Assembly (NCBI GenBank): GCA_036004545.1
Contig: DASYRI010000070.1
Location: forward strand, 5,252-69,251
Length of the DNA stretch: 64,000 nt
Source: Gemmatimonadales bacterium
GTDB lineage: Bacteria > Gemmatimonadota > Gemmatimonadetes > Gemmatimonadales > GWC2-71-9
Direction: 5' to 3'
In this document: in pieces, positions 1 to 9,044 of the stretch
Numbering within the stretch: position 1 is the first letter of the stretch
Layout of the letters: every line of letters starts with the position of its first letter
Translations under genes and position numbers: made by a program
The notes under the pieces: model-generated
What the model was told of the DNA's origin: nothing
The model's input: only the letters and a program-made list of their open reading frames with translations
Databases searched by the model: none

Positions 1-271
1 AATAGGTGTGCACGATCTCCACCGCCGCGGCGATCCCCGCGACGCCGGGAGCGCTCCCGCCGGCGGCCCGGTAGGCCGCGATCACCAGTCCGGCGCGGAC
101 CCGCTTGCCGCTGGTGCCGAGGGCATAGGCGAGCGCTTCGCCGTCGGTCCCGGGGTGGGTGCGCCTGAGCCGCCCGGCGAGCCCGTCGAGCCGCAGGTCG
201 GTGAGCTCGCGGGCCTCCGCCAGCAGCGCCTCGGCCGACGCAGCGTCCCTCGCCGGTGGGGCCGGACTCAT
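1..271 (-). CDS. ispA: polyprenyl (farnesyl/geranylgeranyl) diphosphate synthase, N-terminal part; runs off the window
   Basis: Own minus-strand translation from 271: MSPAPPARD...LAYALGTSGKRVRAGLVIAAYRAAGG...AAAVEIVHTY, matching the GGKR.RP / A.A.E..H.Y N-terminal region of trans-prenyl synthases. ATGA overlap with the xseB stop. xseB-ispA synteny is common. Confidence 0.6.
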   Translation of the reverse strand, partial: MSPAPPARDAASAEALLAEARELTDLRLDGLAGRLRRTHPGTDGEALAYALGTSGKRVRAGLVIAAYRAAGGSAPGVAGIAAAVEIVHTY

Positions 272-507
272 TCGTCGAGGTCGCTGATCGTCAGCTGTCC
301 GGCGGCGTCCTCGAGGACCTTCTGCACCCGGGCCTCCGCCTCGGTGAGCCGTTCGCGCGCGGCGCGCAGCCGGGCGACACCTTCCTCGAACAGCACCAGA
401 GCCCGGTCGAGGTCGGTGTCGTCCGCTTCCAGCTGGCGGACGATCTCCTCCAGGCGGCGGAGGTCGGCCGAGAGGGAGTCGGAGTCGGGGGTCTTGGCAT
501 CGGGCAT
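268..507 (-). CDS. xseB: exodeoxyribonuclease VII small subunit
   Basis: ORF 268..531. LEEIVRQLE..DLDRAL.LFEEG..L....L..AE..V is the typical XseB helix pair. ATG at 507 preferred over the TTG at 531, so the start is uncertain. Confidence 0.85.
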   Translation of the reverse strand: MPDAKTPDSDSLSADLRRLEEIVRQLEADDTDLDRALVLFEEGVARLRAARERLTEAEARVQKVLEDAAGQLTISDLDE

Positions 508-520
508 TTGTGACACCAGG

Positions 521-596
521 GAAAGCGTCAACGGTCACCGGTCACCGGGAACAACCCTGAAAAGCGTCATCAGGCAACAGTCAACGGGAACAGCTT
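521..596. repeat. two tandem ~38-nt copies (521-558, 559-596) built from GTCAAC/GTCACC heptamer words
   Basis: gaaagcgtcaacggtcaccggtcaccgggaacaaccct / gaaaagcgtcatcaggcaacagtcaacgggaacagctt, in the xseA-xseB spacer. Confidence 0.8.
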
Positions 597-606
597 GCGC
601 TGGCCG

Positions 607-1836
607 TCATCGGGAGGAACCCGCCTCGGGCTCAGAGCGAGAAGGTACGTCGCCATCACTCACCCGCAGGGTAAAGGCGGTGCCCGGCGGAAGCTCGGCG
701 CGCCGGCGGGCCACGCGTCCATCGCCGAGGCGCGCGACGCTGTAGCCGCGCGCCAGGACCCGGAGCGGGCTCAACGCCTCGAGCTGCCCGGCCACCCGAT
801 CCAGGACGGCGTGCGGCTCGGCCAGCCGGCGACCCATGGCCACCTGGATCCGGTCGCCGCTCCGGGCAAGCCGGGCCGCGACCAGCCCGGTGCGGCGCCT
901 GAGCCCATGCGCCAGCCGCGTAGCGAGCGAGCCGGCGTTCCGGATCAGGTCGGCGCGATCGGGCACCGCGCGCTCGGCCGCGGCGGAGGGTGTGGCCGCG
1001 CGCACGTCAGCGACCAGGTCGGTGAGGGAGACGTCGGTCTCGTGCCCCACCGCGGAGATGGTCGGCACCCGGAGCGCCGCCACGGCGCGGCAGACCCGCT
1101 CGTCGTCGAAGGCGAGCAGGTCCTCCCGGGCGCCGCCGCCCCGCCCCACGATGCAGAGATCCGCCTCGGGGAGCCGGTTCACGATGGCGAGCGCGCGGAC
1201 CAGGTCGGACGGAGCCTCCTCGCCCTGCACCTTGGCGGGCACGATCAGGAGCCGGACCGAAGGCCAGCGATTCAGAGTGACGGTGATGATGTCACGGATC
1301 GCCGCCCCGTCCTTGCTGGTGACCACCGCGATGGTGCGCGGAAACGGGGGGAGCTGGCGCTTCCGGAGCGGGTCGAGCAGGCCGTCCTTCTCCAGCGCGG
1401 CCCGGGTCTTTTCCCGCGCCAGCTGCTGAAGGCCGATCCCGCTGGTGGGGAGCAGGACCAGAATCTGAAGCCGGAGCTCCCCGCGCTCTTCCCATACGGT
1501 GGGAGTGCCCAGAGCGTAGACTTCGGTGCCATCCGGTGGCTGGCGGCCGACCTTTTCTGTGTATGTTTTCCACATAACACAGCGAATGGCACTCACAGGA
1601 TCGCGCAGAGTGAAGTACCAGTGCCCACTTCCGTAGGCCTTGAGCGAGCTCACCTCTCCCTTGACCCAGACCTGGCCGGTGGCACCCTCAACGGCGCTCT
1701 TCAGGTGGTGGACGAGCTCGGTGACCGAGAGAGCGGTCGGGCGGTCGGGCGGGAGGGCGGACGGGCGGGCGGGCGGCTCGTCGGACGGCTGGCCGGAATC
1801 AAACGGAAGCGGAAGCGAGGGATCTCGACGTGGCAC
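607..1836 (-). CDS. xseA: exodeoxyribonuclease VII large subunit
   Basis: OB-fold N-terminus (WVKGEVSSLK..GHWYFTLRD) followed by the ExoVII_L catalytic region. GTG start. Adjacent to xseB. Confidence 0.9.
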   Translation of the reverse strand: MPRRDPSLPLPFDSGQPSDEPPARPSALPPDRPTALSVTELVHHLKSAVEGATGQVWVKGEVSSLKAYGSGHWYFTLRDPVSAIRCVMWKTYTEKVGRQPPDGTEVYALGTPTVWEERGELRLQILVLLPTSGIGLQQLAREKTRAALEKDGLLDPLRKRQLPPFPRTIAVVTSKDGAAIRDIITVTLNRWPSVRLLIVPAKVQGEEAPSDLVRALAIVNRLPEADLCIVGRGGGAREDLLAFDDERVCRAVAALRVPTISAVGHETDVSLTDLVADVRAATPSAAAERAVPDRADLIRNAGSLATRLAHGLRRRTGLVAARLARSGDRIQVAMGRRLAEPHAVLDRVAGQLEALSPLRVLARGYSVARLGDGRVARRRAELPPGTAFTLRVSDGDVPSRSEPEAGSSR

Positions 1837-1889
1837 GGGCTTAGCGTCCGCCTGTCCGCCTGACCGCCTGACCGTCCGCCTGACCCCCC
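1747..1889. repeat. octamer-period tandem arrays: GGGCGGNN x4 (1747-1778) and GTCCGCCT/GACCGCCT x5 (1846-1889)
   Basis: Read directly. The arrays encode the XseA N-terminal tail and the FolD C-terminal tail (AGGQADGQAVRRTGGR). Confidence 0.75.
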
Positions 1890-2761
1890 GCTCGTGCCGC
1901 CTGGAGCGTGTTCACCAGCAGCATTGCGACGGTCATCTGCCCCACCCCGCCGGGCACCGGGGTGATCGCCGAGGCAACCTCGGCTACGGGCCCATAATCC
2001 ACGTCGCCCACGATGCGATACCCCTTCGGGTTCACCGGGTCGTCAACCCGGTTGATGCCCACGTCCACCACGATCGCCCCGGGGCGCACCATATTGGCCG
2101 TCACGAATGCCGGCCGCCCGATGGCCACGATCAGGATGTCGCCGCTTCGGGTGACACCCGCAAGATCCCGGGACCGGGAGTGGCAGACGGTGACGGTGGC
2201 ATTGCCGCCGGGGCCGTCCTGGAGGAGGAGCGCGGCCATCGGCCTGCCCACGATGTTGGAGCGGCCCACGATCACCGCGTGGGCGCCCCTGGGCTCGATG
2301 CCGGAACGGACCAGCATCTGCTGGACACCGAAGGGGGTCGCGGGACGGAAGGCGGTGGCGTCGCCGACGGCGAGCTTCCCCACGTTCATCGGGTGGAAGC
2401 CGTCCACGTCCTTGGCGGGCGAGATGCGAAGGAGGACCCGATCGCTGTTGATGTGCCTGGGCAGGGGGAGCTGGACGAGGAAGCCGTGGATTGCGGCGTC
2501 GGCGTTGAGCCGGTCCACCACGGCGAGGAGCTCGGCCTCGGCCGTTTCGGCGGGGAGCCGGACCGTCTCGGAGTGCATGCCCGCCTCGAGGCAGGCCTGC
2601 CCCTTGCTCTTCACGTAGACCTGGCTCGCGGGGTTGTCGCCCACGATCACCACGGCCAGGCCGGGCTGCACGCCCCGCGCCTTGAGCTCGGCGACCTCCC
2701 GGGCCACCTCGGCGCGGATCTCCCGGGCGATCGTCGCCCCATCGAGGATCCGCGCGCTCAC
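1841..2761 (-). CDS. folD: bifunctional methylenetetrahydrofolate dehydrogenase / methenyl-THF cyclohydrolase
   Basis: ILDG...GL.V..VG..PAS..YV..K, GRS.IVG.P...LL, PGGVG.MT motifs along the full length. Confidence 0.95.
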   Translation of the reverse strand: MSARILDGATIAREIRAEVAREVAELKARGVQPGLAVVIVGDNPASQVYVKSKGQACLEAGMHSETVRLPAETAEAELLAVVDRLNADAAIHGFLVQLPLPRHINSDRVLLRISPAKDVDGFHPMNVGKLAVGDATAFRPATPFGVQQMLVRSGIEPRGAHAVIVGRSNIVGRPMAALLLQDGPGGNATVTVCHSRSRDLAGVTRSGDILIVAIGRPAFVTANMVRPGAIVVDVGINRVDDPVNPKGYRIVGDVDYGPVAEVASAITPVPGGVGQMTVAMLLVNTLQAARAGGQADGQAVRRTGGR

Positions 2762-4353
2762 CGGGCCACGCCGACCGCGCGGGTCTCCCGGATGACGGTG
2801 ACCTTGATCTGCCCGGGATACTGCAGCTCGGCCTCGATCCGCCGGGCGATGGTTTCGGCGAGCTCGGCGGCCCTGGCGTCGTCGATCCTCTCCGGGACCA
2901 CGATCACCCGCACCTCGCGGCCGGCCTGGATGACGTTGGTCTTCTCCACCCCCTCGAAGCCGGCGGCGATCTCCTCCAGCTTGGTCAACCGCTTGACGTA
3001 GGTCTCGAACGCCTCGCGCCGCGCCCCGGGGCGGGAGCCGCTGATCGCGTCGGCGGCCTGAACCAGGACCGACTCGACGGTCTGGTGGGGGACGTCGTCG
3101 TGGTGCGCGGCGATGCAGCCGATGACCGCGGCGGTCTCGTTGTACTTCCGGGCGACCTCGACGCCGAGCTCGACGTGGGTGCCCTCGTTCTCGTGGGTGA
3201 GCACCTTGCCCACGTCGTGGAGCAGGCCGCCCCGCTTGGCGAGCGCCACGTCCAGGTGCAGCTCCCCCGCCATCATGCCGGCCAGCCAGGCGACTTCCTT
3301 CGAGTGGTCGTAGATGTTCTGGCCGTAGCTGGTGCGGTACTTCATCCGGCCGACCAGCTTGATGATCTCGGGGTGGAGGCCATGGATGCCGGTCTCGAAG
3401 GCGGCCTCCTCGCCGAGCTCGACCAGCTGGCCCTCGAGCTCGGTGCGGATCTTCCCCACGATCTCCTCGATCCGGCCGGGATGGATGCGGCCGTCCACGA
3501 TGAGCGCCTCGAGGGCGCGGCGGCCGATCTCGCGGCGGATCGGGTCGAAGCAGGATACCACGACCGTGTCGGGCGTGTCGTCAATGATCAGGTCCACGCC
3601 GGTGGCCTGCTCGAAGGCGCGGATGTTGCGCCCTTCGCGGCCGATGATCCGGCCCTTCATCTCGTCGCCGGGCAGGGGGACGGCGGAGACCGTCGTCTCG
3701 GCGGTGTGCTCAGAGGCCAGCCGCTGGGCGGCGAGCGCGATGATCTTCTTCGCGTCGCGCTCGGCGTCCCTCTTGGCCTGCTCGCGGATTTCGCGGCCCA
3801 GAGCGCCGGCCTGCCCCCGGGCCTCGTCCTCCGCCCGCTTGAGGATCTCCCGTCGGGCCTCCTCGCTGGTGAGCCCGGCGATCCGCTCCAGTCGGGCCTG
3901 CTGCTCCTGCACCAGGGCTTCGATCTCGCCCTCGCGCGCCTGGACGGCAGCCCCCTGCCGCTCCACCGCCTGGAGCCGGCCGCTCAGGGCCTTCTCCTGC
4001 TGCTCCAGCTGCTCGGCGCGCCGCGCGGCGGCCTTCTCGCGCTCTTCGGCCCGGCGGTCGGCGCGGTTGGCTTCGTCGCGCCGCTTGGAGAGCTCGCGCT
4101 CCCCCTCCTCCCGCAGGCGGAGCGCCTCCATCTTCCCCTCGAGGGCCGCGGCGGCCTTGGCCTGCTCGGCGGCGGCGGCGGCTTTCGTCAGGGTTTCGGC
4201 GGCGGCGGTTGCGGCCTGCGCGACCACCGCGGCCGCGGTGCGCTTGCGGGCGCGGAGATAGAGCCAGGAACCGGCGAGGGCGAGCAGAACTCCGGCAGCG
4301 AGCCCCCCGAGGACGGGGAGCAGATCGGTCGGGGTCATGTGATATCTCCGCAC
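2758..4353 (-). CDS. rny: ribonuclease Y
   Basis: N-terminal TM helix, long coiled coil, KH domain (GRIIGREGRNIRAFE) and HD domain (HDVGK...AHHD). Confidence 0.95.
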   Translation of the reverse strand: MRRYHMTPTDLLPVLGGLAAGVLLALAGSWLYLRARKRTAAAVVAQAATAAAETLTKAAAAAEQAKAAAALEGKMEALRLREEGERELSKRRDEANRADRRAEEREKAAARRAEQLEQQEKALSGRLQAVERQGAAVQAREGEIEALVQEQQARLERIAGLTSEEARREILKRAEDEARGQAGALGREIREQAKRDAERDAKKIIALAAQRLASEHTAETTVSAVPLPGDEMKGRIIGREGRNIRAFEQATGVDLIIDDTPDTVVVSCFDPIRREIGRRALEALIVDGRIHPGRIEEIVGKIRTELEGQLVELGEEAAFETGIHGLHPEIIKLVGRMKYRTSYGQNIYDHSKEVAWLAGMMAGELHLDVALAKRGGLLHDVGKVLTHENEGTHVELGVEVARKYNETAAVIGCIAAHHDDVPHQTVESVLVQAADAISGSRPGARREAFETYVKRLTKLEEIAAGFEGVEKTNVIQAGREVRVIVVPERIDDARAAELAETIARRIEAELQYPGQIKVTVIRETRAVGVAR

Positions 4354-4400
4354 GCGACCCGAAGGCCGCGGGTGGGTCGGTCGGCGGGGAGCGAAGCTCC

Positions 4401-4703
4401 CTAGACCCGTCCCCCCCGCTTCGCGGGGGGCATGATACGGGACAACCGGTCGGTCAACGCGGCGAGTCGGGCGGCCTGTTCGTGGTCGCCCCGCCGGGCC
4501 TGAAACAGCTCGTCCGTGATCGCGAGGCCGGCCAGCAGCGCCGCCTTGTGGGCGTCCACCGAAGGCACGGATGCGCGGATGCGCGCGAGCGCGGCGTCGA
4601 AATAGGCCGCCACCTCGCGGGTGTATTCGGGCGTGAGCTCCGAGCTTACGGTGAGCTCGATGCCGCCGAGGGCGATCTTCACCGAATGGCGGACGGAGCT
4701 CAC
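4401..4703 (-). CDS. zapA: cell division protein ZapA
   Basis: ~100 aa ZapA-like protein in the conserved position next to pheT and rny. GTGA overlap with the upstream ORF. Confidence 0.75.
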   Translation of the reverse strand: MSSVRHSVKIALGGIELTVSSELTPEYTREVAAYFDAALARIRASVPSVDAHKAALLAGLAITDELFQARRGDHEQAARLAALTDRLSRIMPPAKRGGRV

Positions 4704-5005
4704 GCGGCGTCTCCCGCGCCGTGCTCCTCGACGAATCGGAGCCTCGTCCTCAGGCGCTCGACGTACTCTTTCACCGCCGCAATGCGCTGGCGGAGCAGCT
4801 GGTTCTCATTCTCCAGCAGGGTCAGGCGCTGCCGAACCTGCTGGAGCTCGGCGCTGCTGGGGCCACCCTTCCCCCGCCCCTGGCCCAGCTCCTGCTCGGC
4901 CTTGAGGCAGCGGTTGCGCCAGCCCGCCAGCTCCTCCTCGACCTGGGAGAGGAGCTGATTCAGCCGCTCGAGCGCGGGAGCGTCAGGCCGTGCGTAGGGT
5001 GACAT
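4700..5005 (-). CDS. small coiled-coil protein (ZapB-like?), function unknown
   Basis: 101-aa ORF with heptad-like leucine spacing (LTLLENENQLLRQRIAAVKEYVERL), translationally coupled to zapA. Confidence 0.5.
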   Translation of the reverse strand: MSPYARPDAPALERLNQLLSQVEEELAGWRNRCLKAEQELGQGRGKGGPSSAELQQVRQRLTLLENENQLLRQRIAAVKEYVERLRTRLRFVEEHGAGDAA

Positions 5006-7364
5006 CGAGCGCCTGCCCCAGATTCGTGAGAAGCCGCTGGATCACCGCGTCCACGTCCGCCTCGCGGAGGGTCCGCTCTTTCCCGCGCAGAACCAGGCGG
5101 AGCGCCACGCTGCGGCGGCCCGCCGGCAGCTCCGCGCCTCGATACTCGTCAAGCACCCGGACCGACTCGAGCAGGGCGCCGCCGCTCTCGCGGACCACGC
5201 CGAGCACCCGGGCGACGGTCATGCCGCCCGGGAGCAGCAGCGCCAGGTCGCGAATGGCCGCGGGCGTGGCCGGAAGCGGGCTGTACCGGGGCACCTGCCG
5301 CGGGGCAGGGTCCACCAGGACCTCGAGCCCGAAGACCGGGGCCGCCCACGGCGGCGCATCGGCTGCGAGCGAGCCGGCCCGGCCAACCTCCCGGCCCTCC
5401 GGGGAGGGAAGCCGCGCGGTCCAACCATCGCCATCAACTTGCACCGTCGCGCCGGGAATCGCCAGAGAGACCGCGCGCTCGAAGAGCCCCTTCAAATCCC
5501 ACCGGTCGCACTCGCTGGGATGCCCGCCGTCGGTCCAGTGCGCGGGAGTCCGGGCCCCCGTCATCACCGCCGCGGCGTGGGTCGCTTCGGCCGGACGGCC
5601 GCCGGGGCCGGGCCGGAAGACCGTTCCCACCTCGAAGAGGCGGATGTCGCGGACCTGATTGGCCCAGTTGGCCTCGACCTGGCGGAGCAGTCCCGGCAGG
5701 AGCCTGCCCCGGAGGTGGCCATGCTCCGCGGAAAGGGGATTCAGGATCGGTACCGCGTCCAGGGCGTCGGGCGGACCCACGGGGAGCAGGATGACCTCGA
5801 ACAGCCCTTCCGCGATCATGCCCCGGCGGACGTGGTCCGCCGCGATGGCGATCGGCGCGTCAGTCTGATTGCCGGGGCGGAACGGGCGAAGCGCATCCGG
5901 GAACCCGTCGTAGCCGTGAATCCGCGCGACTTCCTCGACCAGGTCGATCTCCTCGCGGAGGTCGGGGCGCCACCCCGGGACGTCCACCGCCAGGCGGCCC
6001 TCGGCCGGCTTGGAGACCACGGTCGCGCCGATGGCGACCAGGCAGCGCTCCAGCTCGTGGACGGGCAGCTCCGCGCCGAGCACCTGGGCCGAGCGCGCGG
6101 CGCGGAGGAAGATCCGGGGCGGGTGGCTCGGCGCGGGCCAGAGGTCGAGCGGCTCCCCGTCGAGCGTGCCGCCCGCGGTGGCGAGCACGATCTCGACCGC
6201 GCGGCGGAGCGCGTCGGGAATCGCCCAGAGGTCGGTGCCGCGCTCGAAGCGCTGGCTCGCCTCGGTGGGAAGCCCGAGCGCCTTGCGCGCCTTCCGGAGC
6301 GGGCCCGGGTGCCACCACGCCGCCTCGAGGAAGACGTCGGTCGTGGACTCGCTCACATAGGAGGAGCGGCCGCCCATCACGCCGCCGATCCCCGCGATGC
6401 CGGAGCGGTCCCCAACGACCGTGGTGCCGGCCGCCAGCGCGCGGTCCACACCGTCGAGGGTGGTGAGCCGCTCTCCCGCCTGGGCGAGCCGGACGATCAG
6501 CGCGGGACCCTGAACCCGGGCGAGGTCGTACGCATGGAGCGGCTGGCCCAGCTCGAACATCACGTAGTTGGTCGCGTCCACGACGTTGCTGATGCTCCGG
6601 GTGCCCACGGCCTCGAGCCGCCGCCGCAGCCAGTCGGGCGAGGGCCCCACCCTGACCCCGCGGATCACCGCCCCGGTGAACCGGGCGCAGGCGGCGGGCG
6701 GCTCGATGCTCACCACCACTCCGCCCACGACACCGGACGGAAGGACGGAAGGACGGAAAGACGGAAGGTTCAGATCCGACGCGCCGGGGATCTCCGTCAA
6801 GCGGAACTGCACCCCGTAGGCCGCGCCGAGCTCGCGGGCGATGCCCTTATGGCCGAGGAGATCCGGCCGGGTGGGCGGGACGTCGAGAACGAGCCGGTCG
6901 TCGCCCAGAGCGAGGAGGTCGCTGAGCCGGGTGCCCGGCGCGGCATCGGTCTCGAGCGTCATCAGCCCGTCGGCATCGGCGCCGAGGCCCAGCTCGCGGC
7001 TGGAGCAGAGCATTCCCTCGGACACCTCGCCCCGGAGCTTCCGCTTCTCGATCACGAGGCCGCCGGGGAGCGACGCGCCGATCGGCGCGAAGGGATACCT
7101 GCCGCCGGCCACGACGTTGGCGGCCCCGCAGACCACCTTCCGCCGTTCCGTCGTTCCGTCATTCACCGTACAGAGGTGAAGGCGGTCGGCTTTGGGGTGC
7201 GGCCGCACCTCCTCGACCAGCGCCACGACGATGTCCGCGAGCCCGGCGTCGAGCGACACCACCGCATCCACGGGCGCGCCGAGCATGGCGAAGCGGTCCA
7301 CCAGCTCCCGCAGGTCGAGCGGGCGGCGGAGCATCTCTTCGAGCCACCGGCGGGAGGCGTTCAC
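4983..7364 (-). CDS. pheT: phenylalanine--tRNA ligase beta subunit
   Basis: tRNA-binding, B3/4, B5 and anticodon-binding regions are recognisable. Start set at the GTG (VNASRRWLEEML) that forms a GTGA overlap with the pheS stop. The ORF-track N-terminal 83 aa were rejected. Confidence 0.95.
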   Translation of the reverse strand: MNASRRWLEEMLRRPLDLRELVDRFAMLGAPVDAVVSLDAGLADIVVALVEEVRPHPKADRLHLCTVNDGTTERRKVVCGAANVVAGGRYPFAPIGASLPGGLVIEKRKLRGEVSEGMLCSSRELGLGADADGLMTLETDAAPGTRLSDLLALGDDRLVLDVPPTRPDLLGHKGIARELGAAYGVQFRLTEIPGASDLNLPSFRPSVLPSGVVGGVVVSIEPPAACARFTGAVIRGVRVGPSPDWLRRRLEAVGTRSISNVVDATNYVMFELGQPLHAYDLARVQGPALIVRLAQAGERLTTLDGVDRALAAGTTVVGDRSGIAGIGGVMGGRSSYVSESTTDVFLEAAWWHPGPLRKARKALGLPTEASQRFERGTDLWAIPDALRRAVEIVLATAGGTLDGEPLDLWPAPSHPPRIFLRAARSAQVLGAELPVHELERCLVAIGATVVSKPAEGRLAVDVPGWRPDLREEIDLVEEVARIHGYDGFPDALRPFRPGNQTDAPIAIAADHVRRGMIAEGLFEVILLPVGPPDALDAVPILNPLSAEHGHLRGRLLPGLLRQVEANWANQVRDIRLFEVGTVFRPGPGGRPAEATHAAAVMTGARTPAHWTDGGHPSECDRWDLKGLFERAVSLAIPGATVQVDGDGWTARLPSPEGREVGRAGSLAADAPPWAAPVFGLEVLVDPAPRQVPRYSPLPATPAAIRDLALLLPGGMTVARVLGVVRESGGALLESVRVLDEYRGAELPAGRRSVALRLVLRGKERTLREADVDAVIQRLLTNLGQALDVTLRTA
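6735..6768. repeat. (GGACGGAA)x4 octamer array inside pheT
   Basis: ggacggaa ggacggaa ggacggaa agacggaa gg. 6746-6769 is identical to the reverse complement of 15139-15162. Confidence 0.85.
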
Positions 7365-8413
7365 GGGAAGCCCTCGCCCGCGAGCCGGCGGAGGAAGCGC
7401 ATGTCGCCGCCGTACTCCAGCCGGATGTCGGGAATCCCGAATCGCTGCTGCGCGGTGCGGCCCGGCCCCATGCCGAAGGCCCAGCCGGTGAACCGCTCCG
7501 CGTCCACCCCGCAGGTCTCCAGCACCTTCGGGTGAACCATGCCGCAGCCGCTCAGCTCCATCCAGCCGGTCTGCTTGCAGGCGGGACAGCCGCCGCCGTG
7601 GCAGATCTGGCACTCGACGTCGAGTTCGGCCGACGGCTCGGTGAACGGGAAGTACGAGGGACGGAAGCGCACCTTCGTCGCGGACGTGAAGATCCGCTGG
7701 GCGAAGCGGGTGAGCGTGGCCTTGAGGTCCACGAATCCGATCCCCTCGTCCACCGCAAGGCCCTCGAGCTGGAGAAAGGCCGGCGCGTGGGACGCGTCCC
7801 AGGTGTCGTTGCGGTAGACCATCCCCGGCGCCACGACCCGGTAGGGGGGCGGCCCCGCCTGCATCACCCGGATCTGCACCGGCGAGGTATGGGTGCGCAG
7901 CAACACCCGGTCGGCTCCCTCCCCGGTGAGATAGAGGGTGTCGTGCAGGTCCATCGTGGGATGGTCGGGCGGAAAATTAAGGGCGCCGAAGTTGTACCAC
8001 TCGGTCTCGGCCTCAGGGCCCACCGCGACCGCGAAGCCGAGCTCGCGGAAGACCGCGACCATCTCGTCGAGCACGCGGGTGACCGGATGCAGCGCGCCGA
8101 TCCAGCGGCCCCGACCCGGCATGGTGAGGTCGAGCTCGGCCGCGGGCGCGCTCCCCTCCGCCGCCCCGAGCTCCGCCTCCCGGGCCTCGAGCGCCGCCTC
8201 GAAGGCCTGTTTCAGGCGGTTCGCTTCGGCGCCGAAGCGCTTGCGCTCCGGGCCGGCGAGCCCGGGAAGCGCCTTGAGCGCGGCGGTGAGCGCACCCTGC
8301 TTCCGGCCCAGGATGGCGATCCGTTCGGCGGCGAGGGCCGGGGCGTCGAGCCCGGGCAGCGCCGCGAGCCGCGGCAGCAGGGCGTCGAGGTCGGGGTAGC
8401 CGGTGGGTTGCAT
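7361..8413 (-). CDS. pheS: phenylalanine--tRNA ligase alpha subunit
   Basis: Class II aaRS motifs (HP......D.F..., RP.YFPFTEPS, GWAFGMG). Confidence 0.95.
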   Translation of the reverse strand: MQPTGYPDLDALLPRLAALPGLDAPALAAERIAILGRKQGALTAALKALPGLAGPERKRFGAEANRLKQAFEAALEAREAELGAAEGSAPAAELDLTMPGRGRWIGALHPVTRVLDEMVAVFRELGFAVAVGPEAETEWYNFGALNFPPDHPTMDLHDTLYLTGEGADRVLLRTHTSPVQIRVMQAGPPPYRVVAPGMVYRNDTWDASHAPAFLQLEGLAVDEGIGFVDLKATLTRFAQRIFTSATKVRFRPSYFPFTEPSAELDVECQICHGGGCPACKQTGWMELSGCGMVHPKVLETCGVDAERFTGWAFGMGPGRTAQQRFGIPDIRLEYGGDMRFLRRLAGEGFP

Positions 8414-8455
8414 AAAAGGAAAAGCGTGAACAGTTGGGACGGGCCCCGCCGTCGC

Positions 8456-8812
8456 TCACGCCGCCTTCGATTTGGCCAGCTCCGCGATCTTGGCAAACGC
8501 CTCGGCGTCGTGAACCGCGAGGTCGGCGAGGACCTTCCGGTTGATCTCCACCCCCGCCTTGCGGAGCCCCGCCACCAGCCGGCTGTAGCTCAGGTCATGG
8601 AGCCGCGCGGCGGCGTTGATCCGGGTGATCCAGAGGGTCCGGAAGTCGCCCTTCTTCTTGCGCCGGTCGCGGTAGGCGTACCGCATCCCTCGCTCGACGT
8701 TCTCCTTGGCCGCCTTGTAGAGCTTGCTGCGGGCCTGGAAGCCGCCCTTGGCGGCCTCCATGATCTTCTTCTTGCGCGCGTGGTGCGCCACGCCGTTCTT
8801 GACGCGAGGCAT
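8456..8812 (-). CDS. rplT: 50S ribosomal protein L20
   Basis: MPRVK.G....RKK......KG..G........A.E... Confidence 0.97.
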   Translation of the reverse strand: MPRVKNGVAHHARKKKIMEAAKGGFQARSKLYKAAKENVERGMRYAYRDRRKKKGDFRTLWITRINAAARLHDLSYSRLVAGLRKAGVEINRKVLADLAVHDAEAFAKIAELAKSKAA

Positions 8813-8824
8813 GGGGCCATCCTC

Positions 8825-9019
8825 CTAAGCCTGGAGCAGGCGGTTCACGCGCGGGAAGTCGGCCGAGCTCACCAGCTCGGGGCGCCCGAGGTGGTTCTTC
8901 CGCTTGCGCGTCTTCTTGGTCAGGATGTGCCGCTTGTTGGCCTGGCCCCGCTTGAGCTTGCCGGTGCCCGTGCGGGTGAAGCGCTTCATCGCGGCACGCT
9001 TCGTCTTCATCTTCGGCAT
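8825..9019 (-). CDS. rpmI: 50S ribosomal protein L35
   Basis: MPKMKT.R.A.KRF..TG.GK.KR..A...H. Confidence 0.95.
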   Translation of the reverse strand: MPKMKTKRAAMKRFTRTGTGKLKRGQANKRHILTKKTRKRKNHLGRPELVSSADFPRVNRLLQA

Positions 9020-9044
9020 GGGCCTCTCCCGGGCGATTCGCCGC

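Noticed and set aside
4386-4432. Two small GC hairpins (GGGAGC-gaa-GCTCCC and CCCCCCGC-ttc-GCGGGGGG) at the zapA 3' end and in the rny upstream spacer, as a regulatory element.
   Set aside because: They are short stems without a U-tract in GC-rich DNA. One lies within the zapA coding sequence. I could not distinguish them from chance.
5439-7535. Very long antisense or out-of-frame ORFs throughout the window. Examples: 5439..7535(+), 7532..9061(+), 24903..27791(+), 28223..30106(+), 36365..38347(-), 41670..43475(-), 12602..14311(-).
   Set aside because: Their translations are Arg/Pro/Gly/Ala-rich low-complexity with no motifs, and each overlaps a gene with clear family signatures on the other strand or frame. 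This is typical of stop-codon-poor high-GC DNA.
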